Below, piece by piece: positions 1-9,316 of a DNA stretch of 55,054 nt. This DNA is from a virus (lineage: Duplodnaviria > Caudoviricetes). The notes beneath the pieces are model-generated. The model saw only the letters and a list, made by a program, of their open reading frames with translations. It had not been told where the DNA came from and ran no database searches. A program made the translations under genes and the position numbers. The DNA is taken from the IMG/VR virus record IMGVR_UViG_3300025018_000181, positions 1 to 55,054 of that record. One strand, written 5' to 3'. How positions within the stretch are numbered: position 1 is the first letter of the stretch; every line of letters begins with the position of its first letter.

Positions 1-143
1 TAGAGTCTACTCTATTTCTATATATGAGAGAGAATCTAAAGTTTTAAGAAGTTAATAGTAGTTCGTAGAGTCGGCTCTGGAGGCTCAGCGACTCAAGGAC
101 TCAAGGACTCAAGGACTCAACGACTTAAGAGGGTTTAAGTCGC
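1..143. repeat. AT-rich element duplicated at 37408-37533 (direct orientation)
   Basis: 1-38 (TAGAGTCTACTCTATTTCTATATATGAGAGAGAATCTA) is identical to 37408-37445. Similarity continues through GAGTCGGCTCTGGAG, ACTCAAGG and TTTAAGTCGC. Confidence 0.9.
90..129. repeat. 8-bp tandem repeat (GACTCAAG) x5, last two units imperfect
   Basis: Read directly from sequence. Confidence 0.95.
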
Positions 144-222
144 ACTGTGGCGCGGGCGGCGGGCTCGATGCCAAGCGCGCGCAAAACGCGCACACTAAAG
201 TGCGAGAGTGCGAGGGTGCGAC

Positions 223-250
223 GCGGCTCGCGGCTCGCGGCTCGCGGCTC
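223..250. repeat. 7-bp tandem repeat (GCGGCTC) x4
   Basis: Read directly from sequence. Confidence 0.95.
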
Positions 251-328
251 GCGCAAAGCGCGCATACTAAAGTGCATCCAAGCGGCGAGGCGGCGGGCAG
301 CAGCGCATGATCCTTTCTACCCTGCCGC

Positions 329-378
329 GCGTCGCCGCGTCGCCGCGTCGCCGCGTCGCCGCGTCGCCGCGTCGCCGC
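329..378. repeat. 8-bp tandem repeat (GCGTCGCC) x6.25
   Basis: Read directly from sequence. Confidence 0.97.
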
Positions 379-405
379 TCCTCTGCGGTATACTTTAATC
401 TTTCC

Positions 406-506
406 GCACCGCTGCACCGCTGCACCGCTGCACCGCTGCACCGCTGCACCGCTGCACCGCTGCACCGCTGCACCGCTGCACCGCTGCACCGCTGCACCGC
501 TGCACC
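406..506. repeat. 8-bp tandem repeat (GCACCGCT) x12.6
   Basis: Read directly from sequence; flanked by TATACTTTARTCTTTC at 389-404 and 507-522. Confidence 0.97.
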
Positions 507-570
507 TATACTTTAGTCTTTCTGCGTTTCTAGCCCCGAACTGGCCGCCGAAAATAAGTTTACTTTTTTC

Positions 571-599
571 TTGACTTCTAGGTGCGTTTATGATACAAT
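571..599 (+). promoter_or_regulatory. sigma70-type promoter for the morphogenesis operon
   Basis: TTGACT-N17-TACAAT with TGn extended -10, just upstream of the first gene. Confidence 0.7.
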
Positions 600-609
600 A
601 TGATCATAA

Positions 610-1170
610 TTGAAGGGGAAGTATAGAGTGAGCAGCTTTGAAGGTTACGAGCTAGAGGTTGGCCGCGCTCGCGAGTATCTAGCGTCTCGCGACTCGAAGC
701 ACTTAAGTGTGCCTGCCACCTGGCGCGAAGACCTCGTTGCACTCTGCTATGCTTATGACCTTCCCGTCACTATCAGCGCTAGTCTCGCTGGTGTGACTTT
801 AGCCTATGTGCGCCGCTACCTGCGCGAAAACCATGATCCCGGATTGGAGCAAGCCCTTGAAGACGCTCGAGTTGGTAACTTTAGTTCTCGCGTGGATCAC
901 CCTCGCGCTCGCGATATCAAGGCTCCTGGCATCGCCTTGGCCGGCATCCGTGCAATACAAGACGGATACAACAAACAGGCTGGCGACGTCAAGGACTTTG
1001 GCAGCATTATTCAGAGTATGCGCGAGGAGCGACTTAAGTTGGACCTCACACTTCGTGCGCTTGACGTGTCGGAAGCCGCCCTGAGAGAACAGAATCGCGG
1101 CTCTTCACAGAAGGCCCCTGGAATCTTGGGCTTAACAGACGCAGTGGTCATAGATGAAAAAGAAGAGTGA
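610..1170 (+). CDS. probable terminase small subunit (HTH-like); true start may be GTG 628
   Basis: Position before TerL; helical HTH-like segment (ITSASLAGVT-type) and C-terminal coiled coil. Confidence 0.55.
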   Translation: MKGKYRVSSFEGYELEVGRAREYLASRDSKHLSVPATWREDLVALCYAYDLPVTISASLAGVTLAYVRRYLRENHDPGLEQALEDARVGNFSSRVDHPRARDIKAPGIALAGIRAIQDGYNKQAGDVKDFGSIIQSMREERLKLDLTLRALDVSEAALREQNRGSSQKAPGILGLTDAVVIDEKEE

Positions 1171-1568
1171 ACATGGGATCTCGTGATGGTGATGGCGATC
1201 ACGATGACGATGATACGCCACCTGCTCGCCGCAGGGCAGCAAACGCTCGAAAGTCTGAAACAATTCGAGTCAACCTTGTCTTCATGTTCGAGGTTGCTAT
1301 CAAAGTTTGCTTTCCCTTCTTGGTTGGTATCGCAGGCTGGACCGGCACGAGCCTGCTTGACCTGAATAATCGCGTTCAGCGCCTTGAAAACACCCGCTAC
1401 ACACGCGAAAATGCAGAAGCAGAATTTCTGCGCATACGTGAAGAGCTGCGGGCCATTCAGAAACAAGCGGCGGAAGCCGCAGCCGAAGATCGTGCAACCT
1501 CGGCTATCCTTCTACGGCTAGAAGTCAACGTGCGTGACATCATTAACAGGCTTCCCGAGAGAAAGTAA
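1167..1568 (+). CDS. hypothetical single-TM coiled-coil membrane protein (holin/antiholin-like architecture)
   Basis: Hydrophobic segment FEVAIKVCFPFLVGIAGW followed by a coiled coil; overlaps upstream stop. Confidence 0.55.
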   Translation: MNMGSRDGDGDHDDDDTPPARRRAANARKSETIRVNLVFMFEVAIKVCFPFLVGIAGWTGTSLLDLNNRVQRLENTRYTRENAEAEFLRIREELRAIQKQAAEAAAEDRATSAILLRLEVNVRDIINRLPERK

Positions 1569-1573
1569 CTAAA

Positions 1574-3142
1574 GTGTCGAACGCACTGTTCGAGGCGGCG
1601 CGCAATTTGCCTTACCCTGAGTTCGCCGAGACTTTCTTGAGCATCGTAGACAAAAAAGGCCGCGCTCGCCCTTTCATTCGCAACACAATACAAAAGAAAT
1701 ACAACTCGCTGAAGATCCTAGCTAAGCGGCGCGGATATAAGCGTTTTCTCGCACTTAAGTATCGTCGAGGGGGCATTACTACTGAGGAGCAGGCCCAAAG
1801 CTTCTACAGAATCCTACGAAACAACATGTCGGCCTTTACCTTGGCCCACACTATTGAAGACACTATAACCATCTTCAAGATTATCAACAACTATTACACC
1901 AACCTACCTGAGCAGGTGCAGCCCGAAAGGTCGCAAAGTCGCAAGAAGACTATAGAATTCCCAACACTGAACTCGCGGTTGACGGTCGGAACGGCCAAAG
2001 CTAAGGCTTCTGCCCGTGGATCTACGCTTCAAAAGGTGCATGGCTCTGAAGTCGCTTTCTGGCCAGGACAGACTACCGACATTGATAGCCTTATCGCTTC
2101 TCTGGGGGAAGCCTGTTCAGAGGGCGAAGTTGTCCTCGAAACAACCGCAAACGGCTACAACCACTATTATGAGCTGTGGAAGTCCGCAAAAACAAACTCC
2201 GAGTCTGAATGGGTTGGCATCTTTCTACCGTGGTTCCAAGACCCAACTAACTCACTTCCTCTGGTTGGCGACGAAGAGACTTATATACACGACACATTAG
2301 CGGAAGATGAGAAGTTTCTAATCGAGCACCATGGCCTTACTTTTGATCAGGTCAAATGGCGTAGGCGCAAACAGATCGAGCTTCCCCGCCTTTTCCTCCA
2401 AGAATACCCCGAAGACGACGAAACTGCCTTTCTGCTCACAGGTCGGGTCTACTTTGACAAAGATCTAGTTACTAAAGGCTTAAATGCCTGCGTATCTCCA
2501 AAGCAAATGCCCGGCGGCTATTCCTTGTATAACAACATGCTTTCAGTGTGGCGGGGGCCGAAGCCTGGACGGCAATATGTTATCGGCGCCGACGTAGCTA
2601 GTGGCACTTCTGGTGGTAAAGATGGTGACTTAGACTGGTCTGTAGCCTTTGTCTTGGATAAGCGCAGTGGTCAGCACATGGCTACTTTAACCTGCCAGCT
2701 CAAACCTCACGATTTTGCAGTCAAGTGTGTCGATCTCGCTAAAAAATACAACAATGCACTGCTCGGCTTCGAGAGACAACAGCACGGACATGCCGCGATT
2801 TCCTTCGCAGAGTTCGACTTAAACTATCCTAACCTCTACAAACACGTGGAATACAACTACAAAGGGAAGACCATCATAGAACAAAAGAAGCAGACAGGCT
2901 GGCCAACTTCTTCAAAAACACGGCCAATTATGCTAGATAGGCTGGCAAAACTGCTCTTAGAGCAAAACTTGGATTGCTTAGACTCAAGACTTTGGGAAGA
3001 AATGGGTGTCTTTGTTGCAGATACACACGGAAAGTGGGGAGCTTCTAACGGCGAACACGATGACCATATCTTTGCATACGGTATCGCCCAGTGTATACGT
3101 GACTACGAGCCAACTAAACCCACTATGACAGTGGTGGATTGA
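1574..3142 (+). CDS. terL: terminase large subunit
   Basis: LKYRRGGITT Walker A-like, HGSEVAFW Walker B, ETTANG coupling motif, GADVA and HDD nuclease acids. Confidence 0.95.
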   Translation: MSNALFEAARNLPYPEFAETFLSIVDKKGRARPFIRNTIQKKYNSLKILAKRRGYKRFLALKYRRGGITTEEQAQSFYRILRNNMSAFTLAHTIEDTITIFKIINNYYTNLPEQVQPERSQSRKKTIEFPTLNSRLTVGTAKAKASARGSTLQKVHGSEVAFWPGQTTDIDSLIASLGEACSEGEVVLETTANGYNHYYELWKSAKTNSESEWVGIFLPWFQDPTNSLPLVGDEETYIHDTLAEDEKFLIEHHGLTFDQVKWRRRKQIELPRLFLQEYPEDDETAFLLTGRVYFDKDLVTKGLNACVSPKQMPGGYSLYNNMLSVWRGPKPGRQYVIGADVASGTSGGKDGDLDWSVAFVLDKRSGQHMATLTCQLKPHDFAVKCVDLAKKYNNALLGFERQQHGHAAISFAEFDLNYPNLYKHVEYNYKGKTIIEQKKQTGWPTSSKTRPIMLDRLAKLLLEQNLDCLDSRLWEEMGVFVADTHGKWGASNGEHDDHIFAYGIAQCIRDYEPTKPTMTVVD

Positions 3143-3145
3143 TAT

Positions 3146-4759
3146 ATGTCTGGGATACAGGGGCTGGATTCATTGTTTACTGGGTGGCAAGGCTACTTAG
3201 CTCGCCAGCCACGGCTTACTATGCCCTTGACACAATCTGGGGCTGTTTTTGCAGCCGTTAACCGTATCGCCACGCAGGTCGCGAGTATCCCGATTAAAGT
3301 ACTTCAGGCACCAGGGATCAATAAAAGCTCCAATCGTCGCAAAATTTTAGACCTCTACTATAGTGGTCTTAAAGAGAGCCCAGAATTTAAGTATAAGAAG
3401 GCAATCAAAGAGAAATACGTAACTTCTGGGGCCATTGAAGAGCGAGATGACCACTGGCTTCTAGAGCTTCTTTATCGCCCGAACCCTCAGATGGTTCAGT
3501 ATAACTTTATGCTGAATAGCATCACGAAATTGATGCACGATGGGTCGGTTTTTTGGGTTAATAACAGAAGCTCCCAGGGGAAAATCACTGAACTTTGGGT
3601 TAAGCCCCAAAGTGAATTCACCCCCGTGGGTGAAGATGGCCGCATTACCCATTGGGTAAGGAAAGGTACAAAAATTGAGCTAAATCGCTTAAGTCGGCTC
3701 TACCTTCTGCAAGACCCAAGAGATGAGACTAAAGCGTTGTCTCCTTTGCGTGCTATTTCCTCGGAATTAAACCAAGCGCACTTCGCTAGCGTTTATAATG
3801 AAGCATTCTTTGAGAATGGTGGTACTATTGGCGACATTTTCACCACTGAACAGGAGCTGTCAAAGGAGCAGCGCGAAGAATTAACGGCCACACTTAGGTC
3901 GCGCCACGGCGGACCTGGACAAGCGCACAAAACACTCTTTTTAGATGGCGGTTTAAAGCCTTTCCTTGGCAAAAACCATAAAGACATGGAGTTCACTGAC
4001 CAGCAAAAATGGGTAGTCCAGATGGTGCGCATGATTTATGGCATACCTGAGTCTATAATGGGTGGTGGAAGTGGAGAAGGTAAAGACTTTTACGAGAGTA
4101 AGATTGCCTTCTTTGAAATTTGTATCATCCCGATTTTGCGCTACTTAAGTGAACAGATGCACAATGACTTCTTTCGCGGTACTAAAGATGATAATTCTTT
4201 AGTTGTCTACGATCTAGCACGCGTCGAAGGTCTTAGAGGGTCATTAGTTGACGCTACAGAGGCTGCGAAAAACCTACTTGGCGCTGGCTTTTCGCGCAAT
4301 GAGGTTAATGCTCGCTACGATATGGGCTTTGAAGACACAACTTGGGGTGGAGAAGCACTAGCTAATGGTGCTTTGCGTGCGTGCAGTAAGCTTGCTGAGG
4401 CTAAAGTTGAAAGTGGTTCCCAGGTCCCTGTTGCTAGTGACTCGCCACATGCAGGGAACCCTGACGGAAACACAGTATCGGCTAGTTTACAAGGACTGGC
4501 AGACTTAGTAACCAAAGATTTTAGTTTTCTATCGAGCCCTGGCGCTATTTCTTACTTAAGTCAGGTTATGCACCCTCAGAAAATTAAAAAACTTGACGTA
4601 GCTGATGAGCTTCGAAACACTCAAGAACGACTAAAGCTACTTCTCGAGTATTTAAAGAACTCAGGGCTTGATGAAACTCAGCTCAAGGATGCACTGCCGC
4701 TCTTAGTTACGGCGGAATTGCAATTGACTTATGTAAGATTAGGAGGTAATAGTGTCTAA
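3146..4759 (+). CDS. portal protein, HK97 family, with C-terminal extension
   Basis: AVFAAVNRIA..VASIP, LLYRPNPQM, FFENGG, KDMEF, YGIPES motifs; follows TerL. Confidence 0.93.
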   Translation: MSGIQGLDSLFTGWQGYLARQPRLTMPLTQSGAVFAAVNRIATQVASIPIKVLQAPGINKSSNRRKILDLYYSGLKESPEFKYKKAIKEKYVTSGAIEERDDHWLLELLYRPNPQMVQYNFMLNSITKLMHDGSVFWVNNRSSQGKITELWVKPQSEFTPVGEDGRITHWVRKGTKIELNRLSRLYLLQDPRDETKALSPLRAISSELNQAHFASVYNEAFFENGGTIGDIFTTEQELSKEQREELTATLRSRHGGPGQAHKTLFLDGGLKPFLGKNHKDMEFTDQQKWVVQMVRMIYGIPESIMGGGSGEGKDFYESKIAFFEICIIPILRYLSEQMHNDFFRGTKDDNSLVVYDLARVEGLRGSLVDATEAAKNLLGAGFSRNEVNARYDMGFEDTTWGGEALANGALRACSKLAEAKVESGSQVPVASDSPHAGNPDGNTVSASLQGLADLVTKDFSFLSSPGAISYLSQVMHPQKIKKLDVADELRNTQERLKLLLEYLKNSGLDETQLKDALPLLVTAELQLTYVRLGGNSV

Positions 4760-5528
4760 GCCAGAGCTGATGACAATCAAGTCTTTTAAAGGTATCTCCA
4801 CTATGGAGGGAAAGCCTAAAGAAGAAGTCGTAAAAATGCGATTTGAGAAGCTCGGACTTAAGTACGAAGATGGCGACTATGAGCGCGTCATGGTAGTGCG
4901 AGCCAGCAATGGTGAAGTTGACTCGGATGGTGATATCATTGATCCTAGAGGCTGGGTCAATATGGGCAAGTTTATGCAGAACCCCGTTCTCTTGCATAAC
5001 CACAATGCCTACTCGGAAGACCCAATTGGTGCCGTATTGGAGACGACTATTGCTGTTCGGCAAGACGCCGGTCCTCACGACCATCAAAAGTCCGAGCTTC
5101 AGGCACTTGTATACTTTGACCGCTCTACTAAAGGCCAAGCGGTCCTAGATAAGTATATGAAAGGAACTATGCGCGCTTTTAGTGTCCGCTTTCGGCCACT
5201 TAAGTTTCGTGACATTACCGATGATCAGCGCAATGAGTATAAGATGGGTCGCTATGGCAATTATATTGCCGAGCAAGAACTTATCGAGTTATCTGCGGTG
5301 GGTCTTCCATCGAACAGGGACGCAATTGTACTAGAGAAAGCCGCGAAAGAAGAACTGAGCAAGTCTGTGAAAGACATGGCTCATGAGATCAACGAGCTTA
5401 AGACGTGCGTTAAAGGGCTCGAGAGCTTAGTGAAGACCCTTTTGGCCCCTAAAGAGGCAAAAGTCATTGAAACCCATTCCGCCTTACTGGCGGATATTCT
5501 TAACGCCGCAAAGCCAGTGAGGAACTAA
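4752..5528 (+). CDS. prohead (maturation) protease, HK97 family
   Basis: VDSDGDIIDPRGW, NPVLLHNH, AFSVRF, ELIELSAVGLPSN. Confidence 0.93.
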   Translation: MSKPELMTIKSFKGISTMEGKPKEEVVKMRFEKLGLKYEDGDYERVMVVRASNGEVDSDGDIIDPRGWVNMGKFMQNPVLLHNHNAYSEDPIGAVLETTIAVRQDAGPHDHQKSELQALVYFDRSTKGQAVLDKYMKGTMRAFSVRFRPLKFRDITDDQRNEYKMGRYGNYIAEQELIELSAVGLPSNRDAIVLEKAAKEELSKSVKDMAHEINELKTCVKGLESLVKTLLAPKEAKVIETHSALLADILNAAKPVRN

Positions 5529-5529
5529 A

Positions 5530-6828
5530 GTGGATATTGAACAACAACTGATTGAACTCAAGAAGCTTCTTGACGACCGCAATCTACAAGACACTGAGCG
5601 CTCTGAGAAGGTCAAGGCATTCGAAGCTCGTTTGGCCGAGATCGAGAAGAGTCAAGTCGCGAAAGCAAACGAGCCGCAATTTGGTGTGGACTTCCCGCAA
5701 GATGACGTAAACCAGTTCTCTATTGCCAAGTGCATTATGGGTGCTATTAAAGGGCGCCAAAGCGGTGGTAACTATAGTGAAGCCTTTAAGTCACTTGGTG
5801 CCAAGCGCGAATGGGAAATGGTCAACGCCCAGTACGAGAATTTTATCGAAACCGGTGCGGTGACTAAAGCCCGTCACCAAGCTGCTGTCGATCACAGCGG
5901 CGGCCTCTTCATTCCTGAGCAGGTTTCTTCGACGTTGATTTCCGCACTGCGAGAGCGCCTGGTCTTGGAGCCTCTTGGTGTGACGGTCTATGATGATATC
6001 TCGGCTGACAAGTTCAAGATTCCGCGCCAAGCCACAAAGTCCAGTGCTGCTTGGGTGCCTGAGAACGGCGTCCCCACCGAAACCAGCATCAGCTTTGACA
6101 ACCTTGTGCTTGAACCCCACTATTGTCAGAACTTCGTGACCATCAGCAATGTCCTGTTGCAAATGTCTCCAAAGATGGTTGAGAAGCTCATTCGCGATGA
6201 CTTGGCTAAGCAGCTTCGCCTCACGATGGAGTATTCATTCCTCTTTGGTGGTGGCGGTGTTGAGCCAACTGGCCTGATTCCTCTCTTAGCTGCCGTTCCA
6301 GGAACCCCGAACCGTAGCCAGCTTAATGCTGGTGTTGGTCGGCGGTTCAATTTTGATGATGCAGAGATTTTCCGCAATGCTATTGAAGAGCGACTCATTG
6401 ACGGTGATGTCGCTTTCCTTTCGCGCCCAACTACTTGGAGCCTGATGAAGCGCCAAAAGGTTGACCATTACGCAGGTCAGTCGGTTAATCAAGAGTATCT
6501 TGCTGGTCGCCCACCGTCCACAGACGCGATGCTTCGCGAGTTTCTTGGTGGCGACTTTAAGAAAACAACCTTGATGCCGAAGACCAATGCTGCGACTGGC
6601 GCGATTTTGGCGGCTGGAACAGCTGCACACGTTATTGGCGGCGTTTGGGAAGACTTTGTTCTCGGCTTTTGGAACCGTATCCGTCTTCGCGTCTCTACCG
6701 AGGCAAGCCTTGCGAACCGCTCGGCTTTCTTGCAGAACGAAACTTGGCTGGTCTTCGACGTTGCGGCTGACTGCAATGTGATGCGCACCGAGTCTTTCCA
6801 GTATGCTGATGACGCGCTCCAGATCTAA
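5530..6828 (+). CDS. major capsid protein, HK97 fold
   Basis: N-terminal coiled-coil delta domain, GGLFIPEQ, AAWVPEN, ISNVLL, EPTGL, AFLQNET. Confidence 0.93.
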   Translation: MDIEQQLIELKKLLDDRNLQDTERSEKVKAFEARLAEIEKSQVAKANEPQFGVDFPQDDVNQFSIAKCIMGAIKGRQSGGNYSEAFKSLGAKREWEMVNAQYENFIETGAVTKARHQAAVDHSGGLFIPEQVSSTLISALRERLVLEPLGVTVYDDISADKFKIPRQATKSSAAWVPENGVPTETSISFDNLVLEPHYCQNFVTISNVLLQMSPKMVEKLIRDDLAKQLRLTMEYSFLFGGGGVEPTGLIPLLAAVPGTPNRSQLNAGVGRRFNFDDAEIFRNAIEERLIDGDVAFLSRPTTWSLMKRQKVDHYAGQSVNQEYLAGRPPSTDAMLREFLGGDFKKTTLMPKTNAATGAILAAGTAAHVIGGVWEDFVLGFWNRIRLRVSTEASLANRSAFLQNETWLVFDVAADCNVMRTESFQYADDALQI

Positions 6829-6861
6829 GCCACACTGGCTTAAGATTCACTAAAGTCAATC

Positions 6862-6887
6862 TGCCCTTACCTAGCTAGGTGGGGGCA
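6862..6887 (+). terminator. stem-loop after capsid gene
   Basis: TGCCCTTACCT-AGCT-AGGTGGGGGCA (two G-U pairs); no U-tract. Confidence 0.55.
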
Positions 6888-6909
6888 AACTCAAAATCAG
6901 GAGTAAATC

Positions 6910-7401
6910 ATGAAGGGCGACCTTTTACGCCTCACGCAGTACTCGACTTTGCTAGCGCCCGCTAGTCAAAACGGCGCATTTGTCACCGGCGACTTTGACC
7001 TGACCAGTGTATTTGAAGCGTTGATCCTCCTCACAACCGGTGCTCTTGGTGGCGCAACTACCTTAGCTGTTACCATGACGCAGAAAGACAGCCTTGGCAA
7101 CTATGTCAATCTGACCGACGCTAATGGGAACACCCTCACGGCCGCAGCGTTCCTCTTGGCTGCTGCGAAGACTTATGTAGTTCGCATTGACGCTCGCGCT
7201 CTTCGTGCTGGGCCAGCCGTTGCTCCTGGTGCCGTATATATCCCAACTGTCCAGCTGTCCTGCACCGCTGCTGTTAGCACTGTGATCATCGGTGCTGTCG
7301 GCGTCAAAGGCTCGCGCCGCGAAGTGAACCGTGGCTTGGGTGAAGTCCCGGCTGCTTACCCGCTCCTTGAGCTGTCTCCGCAGCACGCTCTTATGAGCTA
7401 A
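6910..7401 (+). CDS. probable head decoration/cement protein
   Basis: Beta-rich, Ala/Thr/Gly-rich; directly after capsid; AGGAG RBS. Confidence 0.55.
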   Translation: MKGDLLRLTQYSTLLAPASQNGAFVTGDFDLTSVFEALILLTTGALGGATTLAVTMTQKDSLGNYVNLTDANGNTLTAAAFLLAAAKTYVVRIDARALRAGPAVAPGAVYIPTVQLSCTAAVSTVIIGAVGVKGSRREVNRGLGEVPAAYPLLELSPQHALMS

Positions 7402-7411
7402 GGGGCGAATC

Positions 7412-8149
7412 GTGTTAACCGACCTCGCGTCTTTAAAATCTTACTTAAATATCAATGGCGCCCAGAGTGATACTGTGCTTACACAGATTATCTCTGGAGT
7501 CAGTGACGAGATTTTGAATTACTTGGGACGCGAGGTTCTGGTTAAGCTCAGGACGCAGACTTTTGATATCGAGTTTTTTCAGCGCGATTTTTACCTGCCA
7601 GCGGCTCCGACACATAGCATTGAGTCGATACGCTATGATCCTGACCGCGACTTTAGTTCGACAGCAGAATTAGAACTCGACGAGTATGACTGGGAATCTG
7701 AAGTCAGGCGCCGTAAGGGCATTATCTCACTTGACCGTCTTACACTTCTCCCAGGTCCTGGCCACTTGCGTGTTTCGTGGGTAGGAGGCTGGGCCTTTGA
7801 TCGTGACTATTACACGACACGACAAGATGACCCTCCAATGAGCCCTGCCACAGGCTCTAAGTATTTAGTTGGTGCGACACCGACTGGTGCCTGGGTAGGC
7901 AAAGAGAATCAAATCGCGACTTGGGATGGCGCAGCTTGGACGTTTCAAACGCACCTTGAAATCCTACGAATACTAAAACCCGGTCTGGAGAGTGCTTGCC
8001 TGAACCAGTCCTCTTATCAGTTCCGCACTAAAGACCTTCAAGGCACGCAAACGGCCTCGAATCGCACCGGAAGCCTGAATGTTCGCTCTTTAGGGCTCTT
8101 GAACAGCACACTAGACTATATAAGACCATACAGAAGTCGGCTGGTGTAA
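7412..8149 (+). CDS. head-tail connector (gp6-like) with DUF2793-like insertion
   Basis: LTDLASLKSYLNI..D..L..II, NYLGR, C-terminal IRPYR; inserted PP.SPA.G..YLVGATPTGAW.GKENQIA.WDG.W.F. Confidence 0.8.
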   Translation: MLTDLASLKSYLNINGAQSDTVLTQIISGVSDEILNYLGREVLVKLRTQTFDIEFFQRDFYLPAAPTHSIESIRYDPDRDFSSTAELELDEYDWESEVRRRKGIISLDRLTLLPGPGHLRVSWVGGWAFDRDYYTTRQDDPPMSPATGSKYLVGATPTGAWVGKENQIATWDGAAWTFQTHLEILRILKPGLESACLNQSSYQFRTKDLQGTQTASNRTGSLNVRSLGLLNSTLDYIRPYRSRLV

Positions 8150-8150
8150 T

Positions 8151-8867
8151 ATGGTGCAGTTCAGCGTTAAGAATCGAATTTCTCCTGTCTTAGACAAGAT
8201 GACTTTTACGTCTTTCACAGACCGCCAAGCTAAACGAGTTGTAAGAGAGACTGTAAGCGGGCTTCGGCTACACACTGCGCGGTTTAAAAAGTACCTTCGC
8301 GCTACTCGTTTTGTTGGTGGCGATGGCATTACGCAACGCACACGGCGCTTGTTTAACAGTGTTAAAGCGCGCATTGACGTTAGTGCTACAGGTCGCACGT
8401 TTACTTACGTTGTCAGTATTGGTGAAGAGCCACCTGGGACACCGCAAGCAAAGAAGCAAGAAGATGGTGGAAAAATCTCCGTGAAGCGGGGGAAGTACCT
8501 CACCATCCCTTTAGATGCAGCCAAAGACCCTAAAACACATGTGCCTACATTCACTAGTGCATATCACATAGACTTTAATACGTTCGTATTCAGGTCGAAA
8601 AAAGGAAAACGTTTCATTGCTGCACGCTTCCCTAGTTATAGCGAGGCAGTACAAGAGTTAGGGCTGACGCGGCGCCCTCGAATCGTACTTAAGCAGGGTA
8701 GAACCGTTGTTTTACTTCTATATCTCTTGCGCAAGAGGGTGACTTTACCCAAAAGACTAAAGTTTAAAGAGACTTTTCTTTCAGCACCTATGGTTAAAGA
8801 TAGAGAAGAGAGACTCAGTTCGGCAATCCAAGGCTCGTTATCTCGAGCTTTTGCAAGGTTAGGGTGA
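8151..8867 (+). CDS. neck/virion morphogenesis protein (HK97 gp10-like)
   Basis: Basic protein with RT.RL..S, QEDGG.I..K.GKYL.IP and V.LPKR motifs; neck gene position. Confidence 0.65.
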   Translation: MVQFSVKNRISPVLDKMTFTSFTDRQAKRVVRETVSGLRLHTARFKKYLRATRFVGGDGITQRTRRLFNSVKARIDVSATGRTFTYVVSIGEEPPGTPQAKKQEDGGKISVKRGKYLTIPLDAAKDPKTHVPTFTSAYHIDFNTFVFRSKKGKRFIAARFPSYSEAVQELGLTRRPRIVLKQGRTVVLLLYLLRKRVTLPKRLKFKETFLSAPMVKDREERLSSAIQGSLSRAFARLG

Positions 8868-8871
8868 AATA

Positions 8872-9291
8872 ATGACTTTGGATCATCAGGCGTTAAATGA
8901 AAGCGAAGACGTGCTTCTTGAGCGCCCTCGTCAGTCTTATCCCACTCCTGGCTGGGATCGCGGAGACGCAAAAACGACGGCTTTTGCAGTTCTCACCGGA
9001 AAGAAGTATCGTATTGACCTAGCTACAACTGGAAACGTTGTAGCAACGTTGCCTACGAGTCCAGTTGTTGGTGAGCGCGTGGGCTTCTGGATTTATGCTG
9101 GACACGCAACTCGTAAGCTAGTTATCACCGCTGGTAGTTCCATCATTGCAGCCCCTGGCGCGGCACTTGGCGCGACACACTCGTTTCCTTATGGCACCAA
9201 TGACTTCGAGTACATTGAACTCGAGTTTGAAGGGACTTACTGGGTGGTCACACAGCAGACTTGGCTCTCTTCTAATATTATCAACGTTTGA
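8872..9291 (+). CDS. hypothetical virion structural protein
   Basis: GNVVATLPTSPVVGERVGF motif typical of baseplate/fibre beta modules. Confidence 0.55.
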   Translation: MTLDHQALNESEDVLLERPRQSYPTPGWDRGDAKTTAFAVLTGKKYRIDLATTGNVVATLPTSPVVGERVGFWIYAGHATRKLVITAGSSIIAAPGAALGATHSFPYGTNDFEYIELEFEGTYWVVTQQTWLSSNIINV

Positions 9292-9316
9292 GAAGCCCCC
9301 TTGTGAGGAGTAACCC

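Noticed and set aside
90-506. Possible CRISPR or mini-array
   Set aside because: Units are 7-8 bp head-to-tail with no unique spacers
109-516. ORFs with RCSGAAVQ / RRRGDAAT / LHRCTAAP repeats
   Set aside because: They are translations of the 8-bp tandem arrays, open in several frames on both strands, with no RBS, upstream of the operon promoter
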